DNA of 64,000 nucleotides from Eledone cirrhosa (lineage: Eukaryota): NCBI GenBank assembly GCA_964016885.1, contig OZ024753.1, positions 3,658,001 through 3,722,000 of the forward strand, read 5' to 3'. Positions 1-13,946 of the stretch are shown piece by piece. Positions within the stretch are counted from its first letter, which is position 1. The number at the start of each line of letters is the position of its first letter. Below the pieces are notes generated by a model. It was given only the letters and a program-made list of their open reading frames with translations. It did no database searches and was not told the DNA's origin. The position numbers were made by a program, and so were the translations under genes.

Positions 1-84
1 CGGTTAATTTTCTCCCTCTCCTTCTCTTGCACTCTCGTGTCGAATGGGCAGGCCACATCCTCCATCAGGCACGATCTTTTTTCT

Positions 85-115
<31 letters not shown>

Positions 116-1730
116 ATAAATACTACTATGTTGTATTGTTATATCTTTATGTTACAAATAAATCTATATATTCTGAAACCCATATTTTCGAATAACCTAT
201 CGACCAGCATCTTCAGAAATCTGTCATGTAGGACTAAATAATTACATAATTAGAAATATAAGTCGATGTGGTGAATGGGAGTATTTGGCGGAGGAATAGG
301 AATGTAATGTGGTTCGTGTGGTTCTTGTCTATCTCTGTAGCCATGTCCGGCATTTTTTGCTATCACAATAAATCAGACAATCTGACTCTCCTCATTCTTT
401 GAAGAAAAGTGTTGTTTAAAATTGTATAACACTGAGCATGTCAAGCCCATCTTAATATCGGTCAGTACCTTCCTCATATTATCACTAATTACTATTTTCT
501 TCCAGAAATAGGTCAGAAGAAATTAAATGTGCTCGGCAACAGGCAGGTTCTGATCCTAGTTACTATGGCGCTCATCAGATATATTCGATATATTTGTATT
601 GAACAGAAATATCATAATGTTAGGTCAGAATGTGATTTAAGAATTCTCCAAAGGTATTTTAGTCAAGAGTTATGACAGCTACAACCGCGATTATGCTTTC
701 CATGTTTGAAGATTCGTTGAATTGACAATGCACAACACGATATGTATTATAGAAGTTGGAGAATCGACATTAAACTCATCCCTCACACGAAACTGAAATA
801 ATTATGTTGTCTGTGAGAAGTACAGAACAATTTGTCACCTTCAAAATTGATATGATCAAAACTACAATCATGTACCAGAGCTCTATATACACACATCTAT
901 GTCCCTTCCTTTCATAACAGAGATGTAGAGAAAAGAAAGATGTCGACGTTTAGATAATATATTTATCCCAATAGGGATTATTGAATATAATGGAGTGAAC
1001 GAAAGATAATTATGAAATCTTTCTTTAAGCATAGCGAAATTAAATCATTTAGAATTATAGCTTCAGAATCTCAGTTTCCAAATTATAGTTACATTTATTA
1101 TATAACTGACGAAAAATGGATGAGATAAAAGAACATCGAAAATAACGTTTTACATACATCTTTAGTGGTGTACTGATATTCTTAACTAAACTTCTAACTT
1201 ACGTCTACTTTGTAACCCGTAGTAGAAGTTAAGGCAATACTCTTAAAATTGTTAGTATATGAGACCTAATTCTTTGTGATATTAATTATGGCTTGTTAAT
1301 TTCAAATAATGGTGAAGTCAAATTTGGATTGCCTTCATTCGGTGTCCATTACTAAAATATGAATCTTAGGCAGTGGACTGGTGGAAGCATTAGTGCATTG
1401 GATGACATGCTTAATTGTATAAATGCTGATTCTTCTCGTTCTGAGATGAATTCGTGTTACATAGTATACATAAAACATGCAAAGGTTTGATCCCACCATA
1501 TGCTATTTTCGTGGATACAAATGCATCAGCTGTTGCGAAAATTTTAAGTCGTTAATTTAATAACAACTTCCAAATCGCCTGGGCTGTTTTGGATGGCCAG
1601 GAAAGTGTAATGTACACCATTCTCCTTTCCTGACTAAATGATAATAGATGGAATTTATTTAAATAACAAAGTTAGAAAAACGACTACTTTTACAGTATCA
1701 CAACTACTTCTATTTTCTAGCATGATCCAG

Positions 1731-1912
1731 TGGCAATATCGGTAGAGGGTCGGGTGCCATGCTTTGAAGCATAGAGTTACCTCCCCTTATGATCTGAGTT
1801 CAAATCTCGCCGAGGTTAACTTTGCCTTTCATCCTTACGGGCTCGATAAAATAAAGTACCAGTAATGCACTGGGATAATTGCTGGCCTGGTGCCAAAAGT
1901 AGAAACAATTAT
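1731..1912 (+). mobile_element. tRNA-derived SINE with Nin/Deu-type domain (SINE-A, short subtype)
   Basis: A-box-like TGGCAATATCGG, B-box-like GAGTTCAAATC, core GCCTTTCATCCTTACGGGCTCGATAAAATAAAGTACCAG, ending AGAAACAATTATT; the same sequence recurs about 20 times in the window. Confidence 0.85.
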
Positions 1913-1924
1913 TACAGTGAAAGC

Positions 1925-2112
1925 GGTGGATTGGCAATATCGGTAGAGGGTCAGACGACATGCTTTGACGCATAGAGTTACGGCCCTTGCCATTCCGAGT
2001 TCAAATCCCGCCGATGTTAACTTTGCCTTTCATCCTTACGGGCTCGATAAAATAAAGTACCAGTAATGCACTGGGTAATTGTGGCCTTGTGCCAAAAGTA
2101 GAAACAATTATT
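1925..2112 (+). mobile_element. SINE-A copy in tandem with the previous one
   Basis: Same motifs; flanked on both sides by ATTATTACAGTGAAAGC (probable target-site duplication). Confidence 0.85.
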
Positions 2113-2169
2113 ACAGTGAAAGCAGGTTCGAATTTTCTACAAGAAATTAATTTAAATATACATTCTTTA

Positions 2170-2320
2170 CATGCTTTCAGTCATTTGACTATGGACATAC
2201 TAAATACAACATATTGAATGGCAGATTAGAAAGTATCAAACACAACTAATTTCACAGCTCTTATTTGATCGACTTCGGGAATATGAAAAGCAAGGTAAAC
2301 CTAGATAGGGCTTGAAGACA
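2170..2320 (-). mobile_element. Old degenerate SINE (octopod type) with Nin/Deu-like core
   Basis: TTTCAGTCATTTGACT start and TCGAC...ATGAAAAGCAAGGTAAACC resemble the reverse complement of the SINE core. Confidence 0.45.
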
Positions 2321-2661
2321 GATCAATAGATAAAACAAAATGCCAGATGTTTTGTGCAGCATCCACCGGATATGAAGATTTTCCATTTGTAAAATGTACA
2401 GACATTTGTTTGTTTTTAAATTAGGTCAAACAAAGGGGAAATAACTATGAACCATGAGGTAGTTCGTGTGAAATTAAGATAGCGGATCTGGTATCGATTC
2501 ATTGCTATTTGAAATAATTTGTTCCATTTAATTCAATCAGGAAAAACTGGATTTCTAAATGAAATTATCTTATAAGGAAAGTAATAAATCACTTCAACAA
2601 ATACTCTGAATTGAAAAGAAACAATAGATTTCATGAGAGATTATCTTAAGCACTACACCTG

Positions 2662-2698
<37 letters not shown>

Positions 2699-2744
2699 CA
2701 TCACACAAAATTGTATTTTTTGTAGCTTAACTGCTATCAATTTA

Positions 2745-2892
2745 TGTTCCGTCCTTCGTCTCTCAACCTAGTCAACGAGGAGTTCACAGAAGGTGTGATG
2801 AAAGATTTTTGACAATATATAAACAACCATCCTTTTATCGAACCAACGGGAAATTTATAATAATTTGAAGTGAAAACCAACAGGTGCCTGTA
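2745..2892 (+). mobile_element. Penelope-like terminal fragment, family D (decayed hammerhead)
   Basis: Matches the reverse complement of about 34125-34300; GTCA-acgagga-gttcaca...tgtgat-GAAA-gatt-TT-TGAC is the decayed ribozyme. Confidence 0.65.
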
Positions 2893-3222
2893 TATATATA
2901 ATAATAATAATAATAACTATTATTATTATTATTATTAAACTGTTTCATATAAGATTGCGTGCGCCTGTACGTGATATTATACCTATGCCTTGGCCTAGGT
3001 GCAGCTGCAAACACTACACGATGGTGCAACTGTAAACTAAATGTGCCAGGTGTAAACGTAGCGTGTTATATGTTTGAATCATACGAAATTATTTTTTCAC
3101 AGGTTATATTGCTTTTCCTTTTTCTTTCCCCTGGACATTTCTCTTTCACCACACACACACATGCGCGCGCAAAACTCCGCCCACCCACCTATACACACAC
3201 AGGCACATATATATATATTTAA

Positions 3223-3363
3223 CATAGAAACGTTCTACCTGATGATTTCTCCCGAATTAAACAGTTCTAGTCCTGTAGAAGCCATTTCTCTATTAAATAT
3301 TTATAATCTACTATGTATTGAGTACCTTACTTACTGCGGTTACTCCGATTGAACACGGGATAA

Positions 3364-3365
<2 letters not shown>
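3223..3365 (+). mobile_element. Penelope-like terminal fragment, family B
   Basis: CTGATGATTTCTCCCGAATtAAACAGTTCTAGTCCTGTAGAAGCC plus a tail shared with the copies at 12475, 29401 and 57902; lies between microsatellites. Confidence 0.7.
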
Positions 3366-3415
<50 letters not shown>

Positions 3416-5031
3416 GCGTGTGTGTGTGTTTGTGTGTTTGTGTTTGTGTGTGTGAGTATAATTACGAATATATGGATAATATTTTTATGATATAATGAAT
3501 AGCCATCAAACAAAACGTTTATATTTTGACACCATTACAAAGTTTATCCGATAATATTTCTTTGTTTATAAACTGATAATGAGAAAATGGTATAAGTACA
3601 TCGTTCAGAGAAACTATACTTTTGTTTAAGCTAGTCTTGTATATACCATTGGGCTGCAATTTATCTTTCGATCTATTGAAGCTAAAGAAATTTATGTATT
3701 GCCGAAATATGTTTTCTATAGATAAAAATGAAAGTCAAATTTTCAAAAAGATGTACTAATGTATATTATATATGTATATAAACAGACACACACACACGCG
3801 GATTATATATATATATACACGAATATATAAGTGTGTGTGTGTGTTTATATATATATATGTGTGTGTATGTGTGTATGTGTGTGTGTGTATATGTATATAT
3901 TCAATATATTTTCAATTTAGATTACTACTAATAGTTTCGCCCTTCGATAATTCTTCGGGTAAAATCTCTTAATTCATATTCACTTGTTGATTTTTATAAT
4001 GGTGATAAATAGTTTTGCTGATGTTTGAATTATTAGCCAATCGTTCATATCGGTTAAGTTTGCTTTATCATTCTGTCTGTATGTTCGTTTGAACTGTTAT
4101 CTATTTTAATGACTATCTGCCTATCTATGTATCTAAATAAATATATATCTGTTTATCTACATACCTACCTTCCTACTATCATTCTCTCTATATATATATA
4201 TGCCTCTCTCTCACTCTTTCTATGTATATATACAGAGAGATTTGCAAACATATGCCTCGTGCAATATATATGTGAAATATATTTATATATTAACTTTATC
4301 CAGCAAAATTCAGTTGATGACTATATTTGTGAAACAAATGGATGCCAGGATAATATAATTATATATTATTACTGAAGTAAGCAGTGAATAGGGAATAATA
4401 TAGTTAAATAACATTTAAAAAGAGAAAAGGAAGAAGGGAATATAATGGAAATATACATTCGATACAGACTTTTCTGTTTGCAGCATTATATCTATATAGA
4501 TTCTCCGAAGTATAATTATTAATTCATTAACGTATTGTGATCCATCTTATACTATTAGATAAATCTAGAGTGCTTCACAAAATTTGATATCATTTGAGAT
4601 GTAAGCATAAGATTTAATCCTCAACATTGAAACACTAATACATTATATATATTTTAATGTGACAATTCTATTTAGGTGAGGCAGAAATTTTCCATAGATT
4701 AAAATATATGAAAACGTATGTTATTTCTAATGAGAAATTTCGAAATGTGCCGTTATACACTTCCGGGTATAATGACATGCAGGGTTTAATTATCTGTTAC
4801 TTTAATAATTTGGTATTTCACAATAAATAGCAACGATTGCAGAAAGGATTTCAATGTGTAACACGTAGAAGACTTAAATTATATCCTCTAGTTAATAGTA
4901 AGAGATATTTTACTTTGTTAACAATTGTCATGGAGAGAGAATGAGATAGTAACAGAAAATAAGAGTGATGACAAAGGGAAACATTGAAGCGCACATATAT
5001 ACATCTCTCTCTAACACACATACACGTATAC

Positions 5032-5065
<34 letters not shown>

Positions 5066-5073
<8 letters not shown>

Positions 5074-5240
5074 AAAAAAAGGAAAAGAATAACTTCACTA
5101 GTAGTTCTAAACAATTTGATTTAATTTTATAATATTATAATATAAAATGAAATAAAATTTGTTTAGAACTACAAGTGAAGTCATTCTTTTACTTTTTTTC
5201 AAATATACCTAACAGTACCAAGGATCTCACACATTTTCCA
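5066..5240 (+). mobile_element. Fold-back mini-element (arms about 65 bp, short tail) in (TA)n
   Basis: TTTGAAAAAAAGGAAAAGAATAACTTCACTAGTAGTTCTAAACAA pairs with TTGTTTAGAACTACAAGTGAAGTCATTCTTTTACTTTTTTTCAAA; unpaired tail from about 5208 to 5240. Confidence 0.7.
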
Positions 5241-5575
5241 ATATATATATATATATAAGCAAAAATACAACCTGCTTACAATCCGGCACACATAACTAGG
5301 AGGCTCTCACACGTCTTAAAGACAGACATTCATATATGGCAAATGATACACATCTGTGTTCGCGAATTTCTGATCAAACATATTAGCTTGTGGCTTTTCT
5401 TTGTTTCTGCGCATATCTTTGTGGTAGTGTGTTTGTTAAAATGCCATTAGAGAATATTAGCGTCATGTATAACTCTATATACAAGTATGAATATTTTTAA
5501 ATATGTGTAAACCAATTCGCATAGGCAACACAAAAAAATATGAATATTTAAATATAAATATACATATATATATAT

Positions 5576-5607
<32 letters not shown>

Positions 5608-5611
<4 letters not shown>

Positions 5612-5727
5612 TTGAAGACTAAAATCCAAAGAGGGCTTGATAAGGATAAATATATATCAAATATATAAGAACCGTAGAGCAAATATTTATTAAAATAACA
5701 GATTAAATCTGTTATTTTAATAAATAT
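5608..5727 (-). mobile_element. Fold-back mini-element family F (22 bp perfect arms plus tail)
   Basis: Palindrome 5683-5727 with a 1-nt loop; tail matches 38972-39045 on the opposite strand and ends in (ATT)n. Confidence 0.7.
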
Positions 5728-5836
5728 ATATATATATATGCGAGCGTGTGTGTATAAAAATAAATAAATAAATGTATATATATATGTATATATATATATG
5801 CATGCGTGTGTGTATAAAAATAAATAAATAAATGTA

Positions 5837-5880
<44 letters not shown>

Positions 5881-5933
5881 TGCGTGTGTGTGTATACATA
5901 TATATATGCGAGTGTGTGCGCGTATAAATAAAT

Positions 5934-5998
<65 letters not shown>

Positions 5999-6519
5999 TA
6001 TGTATTCGCGCAAACACCTAAGATTGTTTTTACATTTCTGATGTGTATATGTATCATTTACACATGTGTGTATAATTTCTATGTACCGTTGGAAATGTTT
6101 CTGTGAATATGTATAAATATATTCGTTTATGTCTACGAATGCTGTCTATATCTTGCTTGCTATCGTCAAACATGTTCGTTTTATGGCGTTTACGTATATT
6201 CTGTATTTTTGTTAGTGCAGATCGATAAAGTTTTAATCAATCATCTCTTGCTCCACAGCGGCCTTCCGGCTAATCGATTCAATTCAGGTTTTATGGTTTG
6301 TATGGGATTTCATTTTTTTTTGTTCTTTTAAATATTATCATTTGTGGCTTTTTTTTCTTTTTGTTTTGATTCTGGGTAATTTTTTTTACTTATAGACGTC
6401 GGAGTGAATTGAATTTTGAAAATATAGATATTGACACAAAACTTGTTTAGAGTGAAAACAAAATATTAAAGTAAGAAAACAAAGAAAATGTTTCGCTTTA
6501 TACACACACAAACACAGAC

Positions 6520-7120
<601 letters not shown>

Positions 7121-8220
7121 TGCATACACACACTCACACACATATAGTCACACAGAAACATCTACGCTCTCGAACAGACATACACGAGTAGAAGAATTTG
7201 CTATTTCTTTTAATAAGGTGAAAATAAGATGTTTGACATATCTGAACTTTCATCTACTGGATGAAGCGACGGTGTTGTAAAGTTACATTGTTCCAGCTTG
7301 CTACACTGTGACAGCCAAACAATACTTAGACTACTAGTTATATCCTCTCTACTTCCTGCACAATTTCACACTAGAACAAACACAGCTTGATTTATTTTCA
7401 ATAATAACAATAATAATCATATCTTTCATATACAGAAAACCAGATATTTTATGGGATGGGTATGATCGATGATATCGAACCAGTATTTGTCTGGTATCTT
7501 AATTTCTGGATGAATTATGAAAACGATATTAAGAACCATAGCGGGAATTATATTTAATAAGAAAAAGAAGGTAGGGCCAAATTTTACTAGCAACTTCGTC
7601 CCATGCATACTTGATTCTACCGAAGGATTGGTATCGTTGATTCTAGATGAGTCAATCAAGATAAGGAGTATACTGTATGTCGGTTTAATCTAACTATTTC
7701 TCAATCTGGTACTATCAACTATGCAGCTGTCTTTCTGGAAAAATTTAACATCACTGCTTATGTGACGCATAAACTAATAAAGGTGACGAACATTTCAAGG
7801 GAAGAAAACGAAAGCATTCTTCTCTCCATTAGCTAAATTTAAGCGAGAATCTGAAAGTACTGTAACTACATAACGAACGTCATTTTCTCCAGTGTTGTCT
7901 CTTCTGTGTGGATAATACAAAAACGAAACAAACAGCAAGGAAACCACAATGATAAAGAAGAGAAATCGAGGTATCCTCTATACGTACACTTGAACTTCTA
8001 AAATGGTAGTAAATCAATCTTTTATTTTTCTCTCAAACAGAAATGATTTATTGATACTCTATTTTAAGATAAATTATATCTGAAAATAAGATGAGTGATT
8101 ACAGTAGATCATAAGTATGTACTAATAGGGTAAACTCTGGGATAAATACTAAGAACAACAACTAAGAGTAAGCAAAGAGCAGAGCATACAGAATAAATAA
8201 CTTTTATAATGTATTATAAC

Positions 8221-8357
8221 AGGCAGAATTGTTAGAACGTTGGATACAATGCTTTGCGGTATTCGTTCCGGGTCACAACACTCTGAGGTCAAATCGCACT
8301 GAGGTCAAATCCTTTCGAGTGCGATAAAAATGTGCCAGTCTAGTACTGGTATCGATC
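8221..8357 (+). mobile_element. Degenerate SINE-A
   Basis: GGCAGAATTGTTAG...CTGAGGTCAAATC...GATAAAAATGTGCCAG...TACTGG. Confidence 0.6.
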
Positions 8358-8437
8358 CTTTCCTTATATCGTTTTCTCACTTTCTAGGCTTCTCTGTTCG
8401 GACCTGTATGTATATATATATATATAGACACAGGTCT

Positions 8438-8475
<38 letters not shown>

Positions 8476-9604
8476 TCATATATATATATAGGGAGAGAGG
8501 GAGAAAAATAGAAAACAGGTAAGGTTTATATTATATAGACAATGATACTATTAAATTCATATAAATCTTCATGGGTGAACTGCTTAATGCCAGTAGAAAG
8601 GAATAATATCTTCGCGCTGATGACTCCACATTATTTCCAACAGTAATGTCTAGTTGAAACAGTAATGATTCAGAAGAATGCTTTACTAAATGACTAGAAA
8701 GTAAAATTTTGCCCTCTAACGTATAAAAGAAGCCTATCATTGCATATTTATAGAGAGCGAATTGGTGTGTAGAAAATGTATCTACACTATATGTAATAAT
8801 CTACACAAAAGGCTGGCGAAATTTAAAAATTATGGGAAGGAATATTGAACAATAGCTACCGTTTTAATATATTTGATCCAAAACATTCTGGATTACGCCT
8901 GTCCATGTAGTAAGAATTGTTTACAAAACATACTAAACAAAATCATTACAATCCAATCATACTTATCGACAGACTTACTGTCTATTGGAATGAAACTGTG
9001 AAAAGCATCGCTTTACGAACAACGTTGTTGCAACAACATTTCTATAATATTTTAATAGTGTAAATTCATTTGATTATATTCATTTTAGATATGAACAATA
9101 CAGGGTCCACGTATAAGTCAAATGTAAACAGATATCTATATAACTCTTTATTAATGTGTCACAGTAGCCATCTCTTTATGTGTGTATGTGTGTGTGAGTG
9201 CGTGTTTACGAAGACATTTGTATAGATACACACATATTTATTTATTTATATATATATATATATATAAATAAATAAACATATATATATATATATATATGTG
9301 TGTGTGTAGGCATATATTTTTGTGTGTGTGCGTAGTTGTGTGAGCAAAATCATGTTATTATATATAGATAAGTGTAAATATTTGCTTAACTGAATCTAGT
9401 TGTTTTTTTTCGTGATTGTGTGCGTCTCTAATTAGCTATATAGTGTTATGTCTATGTTACTGTCTAATTATCTTCCCTTATATCTATTTACAATGCTTAC
9501 GGCGAATTAACTTATCGATCTCCACCAATATATATTTAATTGTGTGTTGCTATGTCTGTCATCCTATGTATACCATCATAACTACTTTCTTCCCATGTCT
9601 GCCT

Positions 9605-9645
<41 letters not shown>

Positions 9646-9913
9646 GTAATGGCCCCATCAGTAGTTTTAGTAAATATAGATGTTGTACAGAAGTATCAAA
9701 CTGAATATTTCCATAAATAAAACGAAAATTTGTGCAGTAACAGTTCGTATATTTCTTCGCATCGTTCCATGATTTTCCATTTGTTTTCATAAAATGAGAT
9801 ATTTCAATTTATATATGGCAGGAGAATTTCGAGGAATACTGATTGTCTGCGTATGTGGAGGACATATGTCATGGCTGGAGATTATTTGCTGGAATTTTCC
9901 CAAAGTCTCTCTT

Positions 9914-9977
<64 letters not shown>

Positions 9978-10128
9978 TGTATGTGGGCATGTATTTATGC
10001 GAGAAAAACCACAAACCCTGCATCTCAATTCTACATTTGAAAAAGCAGAAGAACTGTGAAATCGGTAAAGGAAACAAATATATATACTTAAATAAAAATA
10101 AAATAAAACAAAAGGGTTACGTGTCCGT

Positions 10129-10246
10129 AAATAATCGTCAGATTAGCAGGTCCCTAGATGGGGTCCCTTGGCACTATATACCATACACTTGAATTCTCCA
10201 GTGCCAAGGGACCCCATCTAGGGACCTTCTAATCTGACAATTATTT
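10129..10246. repeat. Inverted repeat, 47 bp arms, 24 nt loop
   Basis: GTCAGATTAGCAGGTCCCTAGATGGGGTCCCTTGGCACT pairs with AGTGCCAAGGGACCCCATCTAGGGACCTTCTAATCTGAC. Confidence 0.9.
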
Positions 10247-11172
10247 TATTTTATTTTTATTTCTACTTTATACATATTAATATTTTCATTATCTAATTTC
10301 AAGTTGCGAGGAGCTGCTCCATAAATTATTTTATGTTAATTATCTGTACACCAAATCAATAACGATATTACCATCGATTCATCCAAAAACATTATATGGG
10401 GTAGTGAAACAATTGTAAACTGACATTATATCCTCTTTTTTATATTAAACTGCACTTAATGTTGATATTCTTCGACCAATGTCTTCTATGAAAGCTTGTG
10501 GTCTTGATTTGCTTAACTACTGAATATATATATACATATATATACATATATATATATACATATATACATACATATATATGTATATATATATGTATATGTA
10601 TATGTGCGTGTGTATGGAATATTCTATGCATTTGTTCTTTTATATACGAATGTAGATACAGTCTTGCTATGTAAGTGTGAGCATAGGTTTACATGCAAGT
10701 CTTTATCCTCTTGTGTTATTTGGTTTCTAAGAATATGTATATTGATATTTCTACATATGTGTTAATACATATGTCTGCTTACGTTTGATATAGCTTATGA
10801 TTTTAATGTCTTTCTCTGTGTATGTAAGTATTTGTGAGATGGTATTATCTATGCCAGAGTTATCTTAACACAAATGTCTACGGTGGCTTTATGGAATTCA
10901 GTCAGCGAAGATGTGCTCTGTTTATTCATACATACACTTATATATCTATGTATATTATGTATATATATATATATATATATATGTGTGGGGGGGGGGGGGG
11001 GGTACACACTCTCACACACACATATATATATATATATATATACATATATATTTGCATATGTCTACATATACATACGCAGACATACATATGTGTATATTTT
11101 GGCACGTTGTCCGAATTTTCAGTTACCGTTTTCAGATAACGGAGGTGAGCTACATATAACTTCAGAGTTATG

Positions 11173-11221
<49 letters not shown>

Positions 11222-11277
11222 GTAATTATAAGTAAACATAATTACATACATTCATGTATATTATATATATACCTTTC

Positions 11278-11313
<36 letters not shown>

Positions 11314-12248
11314 GCATGTGTATGCGTCTTGGCACATCGTCCGTTAGTGCCACCTCTGTTTTGTTATTTCTTCTCTACATCTGTTCATCCAAATCTCACT
11401 TTCCATTCTGTTTCACACTCCTTAGTTATCTCACTCTTTTTCTCTCTGTATATATATATCTCTCTCTTTCCCCATCCCTCTCTGTCTCTCGCTCAAGTAT
11501 TTCCGACGAAACTGGTGGAATGTTCGTTTCAACATTGATAGAATATATTTATCTACACGCGAGACAACCTAAAGTAACAACTACCTCGAAGTTGTACACC
11601 TTTCACACACTGACATATACACCGTTACAAGAAATAATATACACAAATATACACTTACACCCCCCCCCCCCCTCACACACGCAGATATCTCTATAAGCAT
11701 TATATTTTATTATATTTCTGAATGTCTTCTCCTTTTCTTCCACCGTTGAGAAATCTCTCTTCATCTGGCCCTCCCCTCTATCTATCGATATATATCTTTG
11801 AGTATTTATATAAATGTATATATAATATGTATATATATAAATAAATAAATAAATAAATATATATATATATATATTTATTTATTTATATATATATTTATAT
11901 TTATACTGACGGATTGAGAGAACATTTATTAGAGAGAGATGTAGACAGCGAAAACGTCAGCTTATAAGAAAAATAGTTGGAGAAACTGAGATTTACATTT
12001 ATAAGCGTAGAAAAACACATGAGGCCAGCTGTTTTACTAGACAATGAGAGTGATAGAGATATATCAGCACAACTGACCCCAGAACTGGTCCGGTAATATA
12101 GTTTGAGCGATCAAGAAATGTGAAATGCTGCAAAGGTTCCCTCTGCAATTTTAACTCAGAGCACAGAGAGCTGGAAAAAATATCGCAAAGCATTCTCTCC
12201 GAAGTTCTAACCTATTTGCAAATTCTGAAGGTATCAAATAGTTATGTG

Positions 12249-12283
<35 letters not shown>

Positions 12284-12293
12284 AAATAAAATA

Positions 12294-12434
12294 ACAAGGA
12301 CGATTGGTTACTCCTTCATTACGTTTATTCAATAAACGTAATGAAAGAGTAACCAATCCTCCTTGTATCACCCTAAGTATTGAGTACTTTGGTGCGTTAT
12401 GGTCCACTTGGTTCCTTACCACATTTCCTTCGTT
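12294..12434 (+). mobile_element. Fold-back mini-element with family C tail
   Basis: 36 bp arms 12294-12329 and 12331-12366, then CCCTAAGTATTGAGTACTTTGGTGCGTTATGGTCC tail shared with four other loci; (TA)n on both sides. Confidence 0.8.
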
Positions 12435-12474
12435 ATATATATATATATATATATATATAAACATTTAATATAAA

Positions 12475-12635
12475 AATGGCTAATACAGGAATGGCGGCAT
12501 TCCTGATGATTTCATACGTATGAAACAGATCTAGTACTGTAGAAGCCATTTCTACATTCAATATTGATGTCTTCACTCTACTAATTTATTGAGTTCCTTA
12601 TTTACTGTCGTTACCCCCGATTTAACTCGGGACCT
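12475..12635 (+). mobile_element. Penelope-like terminal fragment, family B, short inverted arm
   Basis: AAATGGCTAATACAGGA is the inverted arm of the TGTAGAAGCCATTT region; hammerhead motif and tail follow. Confidence 0.7.
12496..12547 (+). ncRNA. Type I hammerhead ribozyme motif
   Basis: ggcattc-CUGAUGA-(weak stem II)-GAAA-cag/8 nt/ctg-UA-gaagcc; core intact, stem II imperfect. Confidence 0.6.
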
Positions 12636-13277
12636 ATCTATCTATATATATATATATATATATTATTATATCTTTGCATGTACATGTGCGTTTCCATTTG
12701 TTGGATGGTAAGGTTTAGAATTACCAAAACGTCCAGAACATTCCTTCCCTACTTTCACTCTCACTCACTCAGTAATTAGGATACAGTAGACTGTAGATTT
12801 GCTGACAGGAATGTTGCCGGTTGCCAAATTCCCTTCGTGAATTGGCAGAAACTGTGAGGTTAAAGGTTTTGAAAAGGGGAATCGAAAGTAGTCAGAAATG
12901 TCATTGCTCTGACATCATATATGACGGGACATAGGTAGCCGCATTGATTATTGACTATCCCTTAAGGTCATAAGGGAGATAAGCGATTTTAATGACCCAT
13001 GTACATAGCATAGTATATATTCCATGGAATCAGTATTGTTGTTCTCTTTAAGAGAGATTTTATAATGGTTTTATAGATTTGTGTCTAATATATATATATA
13101 TTGTTTATTAATTTATGGCTTCTTATTTATTTTAATGTTTGATATTTGTAAACACCGCAGCGATTTGATTGATTATGGTGTATATTAAATTCGTTTGTAT
13201 GTTGATCTTTTAACATTATTACTGTCATTATTGTTGTTTCATTTGCGGGGGCTGTTATTTCTGTAATAGTGTAAAAG

Positions 13278-13456
13278 GACAGTATCAGTAGAGGGTCGGA
13301 CGCCATGCTTTCCAGCATAGTTACGTCCCTTTACGATCTGAGTTCAAATCCCTCTGAGGTTGACTTTGCCTTTCATCCTTACGGTTTCGATAAAATAAAG
13401 TACCAGTAATGCACTGGATAATTGCTGGCCTTGTGCCTAAAGTGGAAACAATTATT
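13278..13456 (+). mobile_element. SINE-A (short subtype)
   Basis: Near full-length match to the other copies. Confidence 0.85.
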
Positions 13457-13675
13457 TGTGATTCAAGATTTTGTCTTGTTAATAATTGTATTAAATAGAA
13501 AAGTACTCACACACGAGCGTAAACGCACTCATATTCAGGTAAAATAGAATGACTGATGACAACACAACGCCAAATTCAATGAGATTAAAACGTACTCAAC
13601 ACTATTAGGGAGTGCAGAATAATATTCCAATGACCTGGAATCATAAACTCCACAGAAATTAATTTTTAGTTGCAG

Positions 13676-13741
13676 AATTGTTTCTACTTTTGACACAAGG
13701 CCAGCAATTACCCCAGTGCATTACTGGTACTTTATTTTATC
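13676..13741 (-). mobile_element. SINE-A 3' fragment, tandem duplicate of the neighbouring copy
   Basis: Shares the variants TTTTGACACAAGG and ATTACCCC with 13744-13810. Confidence 0.8.
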
Positions 13742-13743
13742 TC

Positions 13744-13929
13744 ATAATTGTTTCTACTTTTGACACAAGGCCAGCAATTACCCCAGTGCATTACTGGTAC
13801 TTTATTTCATCGACCACGTAAGGATGAAAGGCAAATTTAACCTCAGTGGTATTTGAACTCAGACCGTAAATGGCCGTAACTCTATGCTGCAAAGCATGGA
13901 GTCCGACCCATACTACCGATCCACCGCCA
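13744..13929 (-). mobile_element. SINE-A (short subtype)
   Basis: Full-length reverse-complement match. Confidence 0.85.
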
Positions 13930-13946
13930 AATTTTAGATAAATAAT

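Noticed and set aside
300-470. Minus-strand KQH...AGHGYRDRQEP resembling an RTE ORF segment
   Set aside because: Too short and degenerate to call by eye
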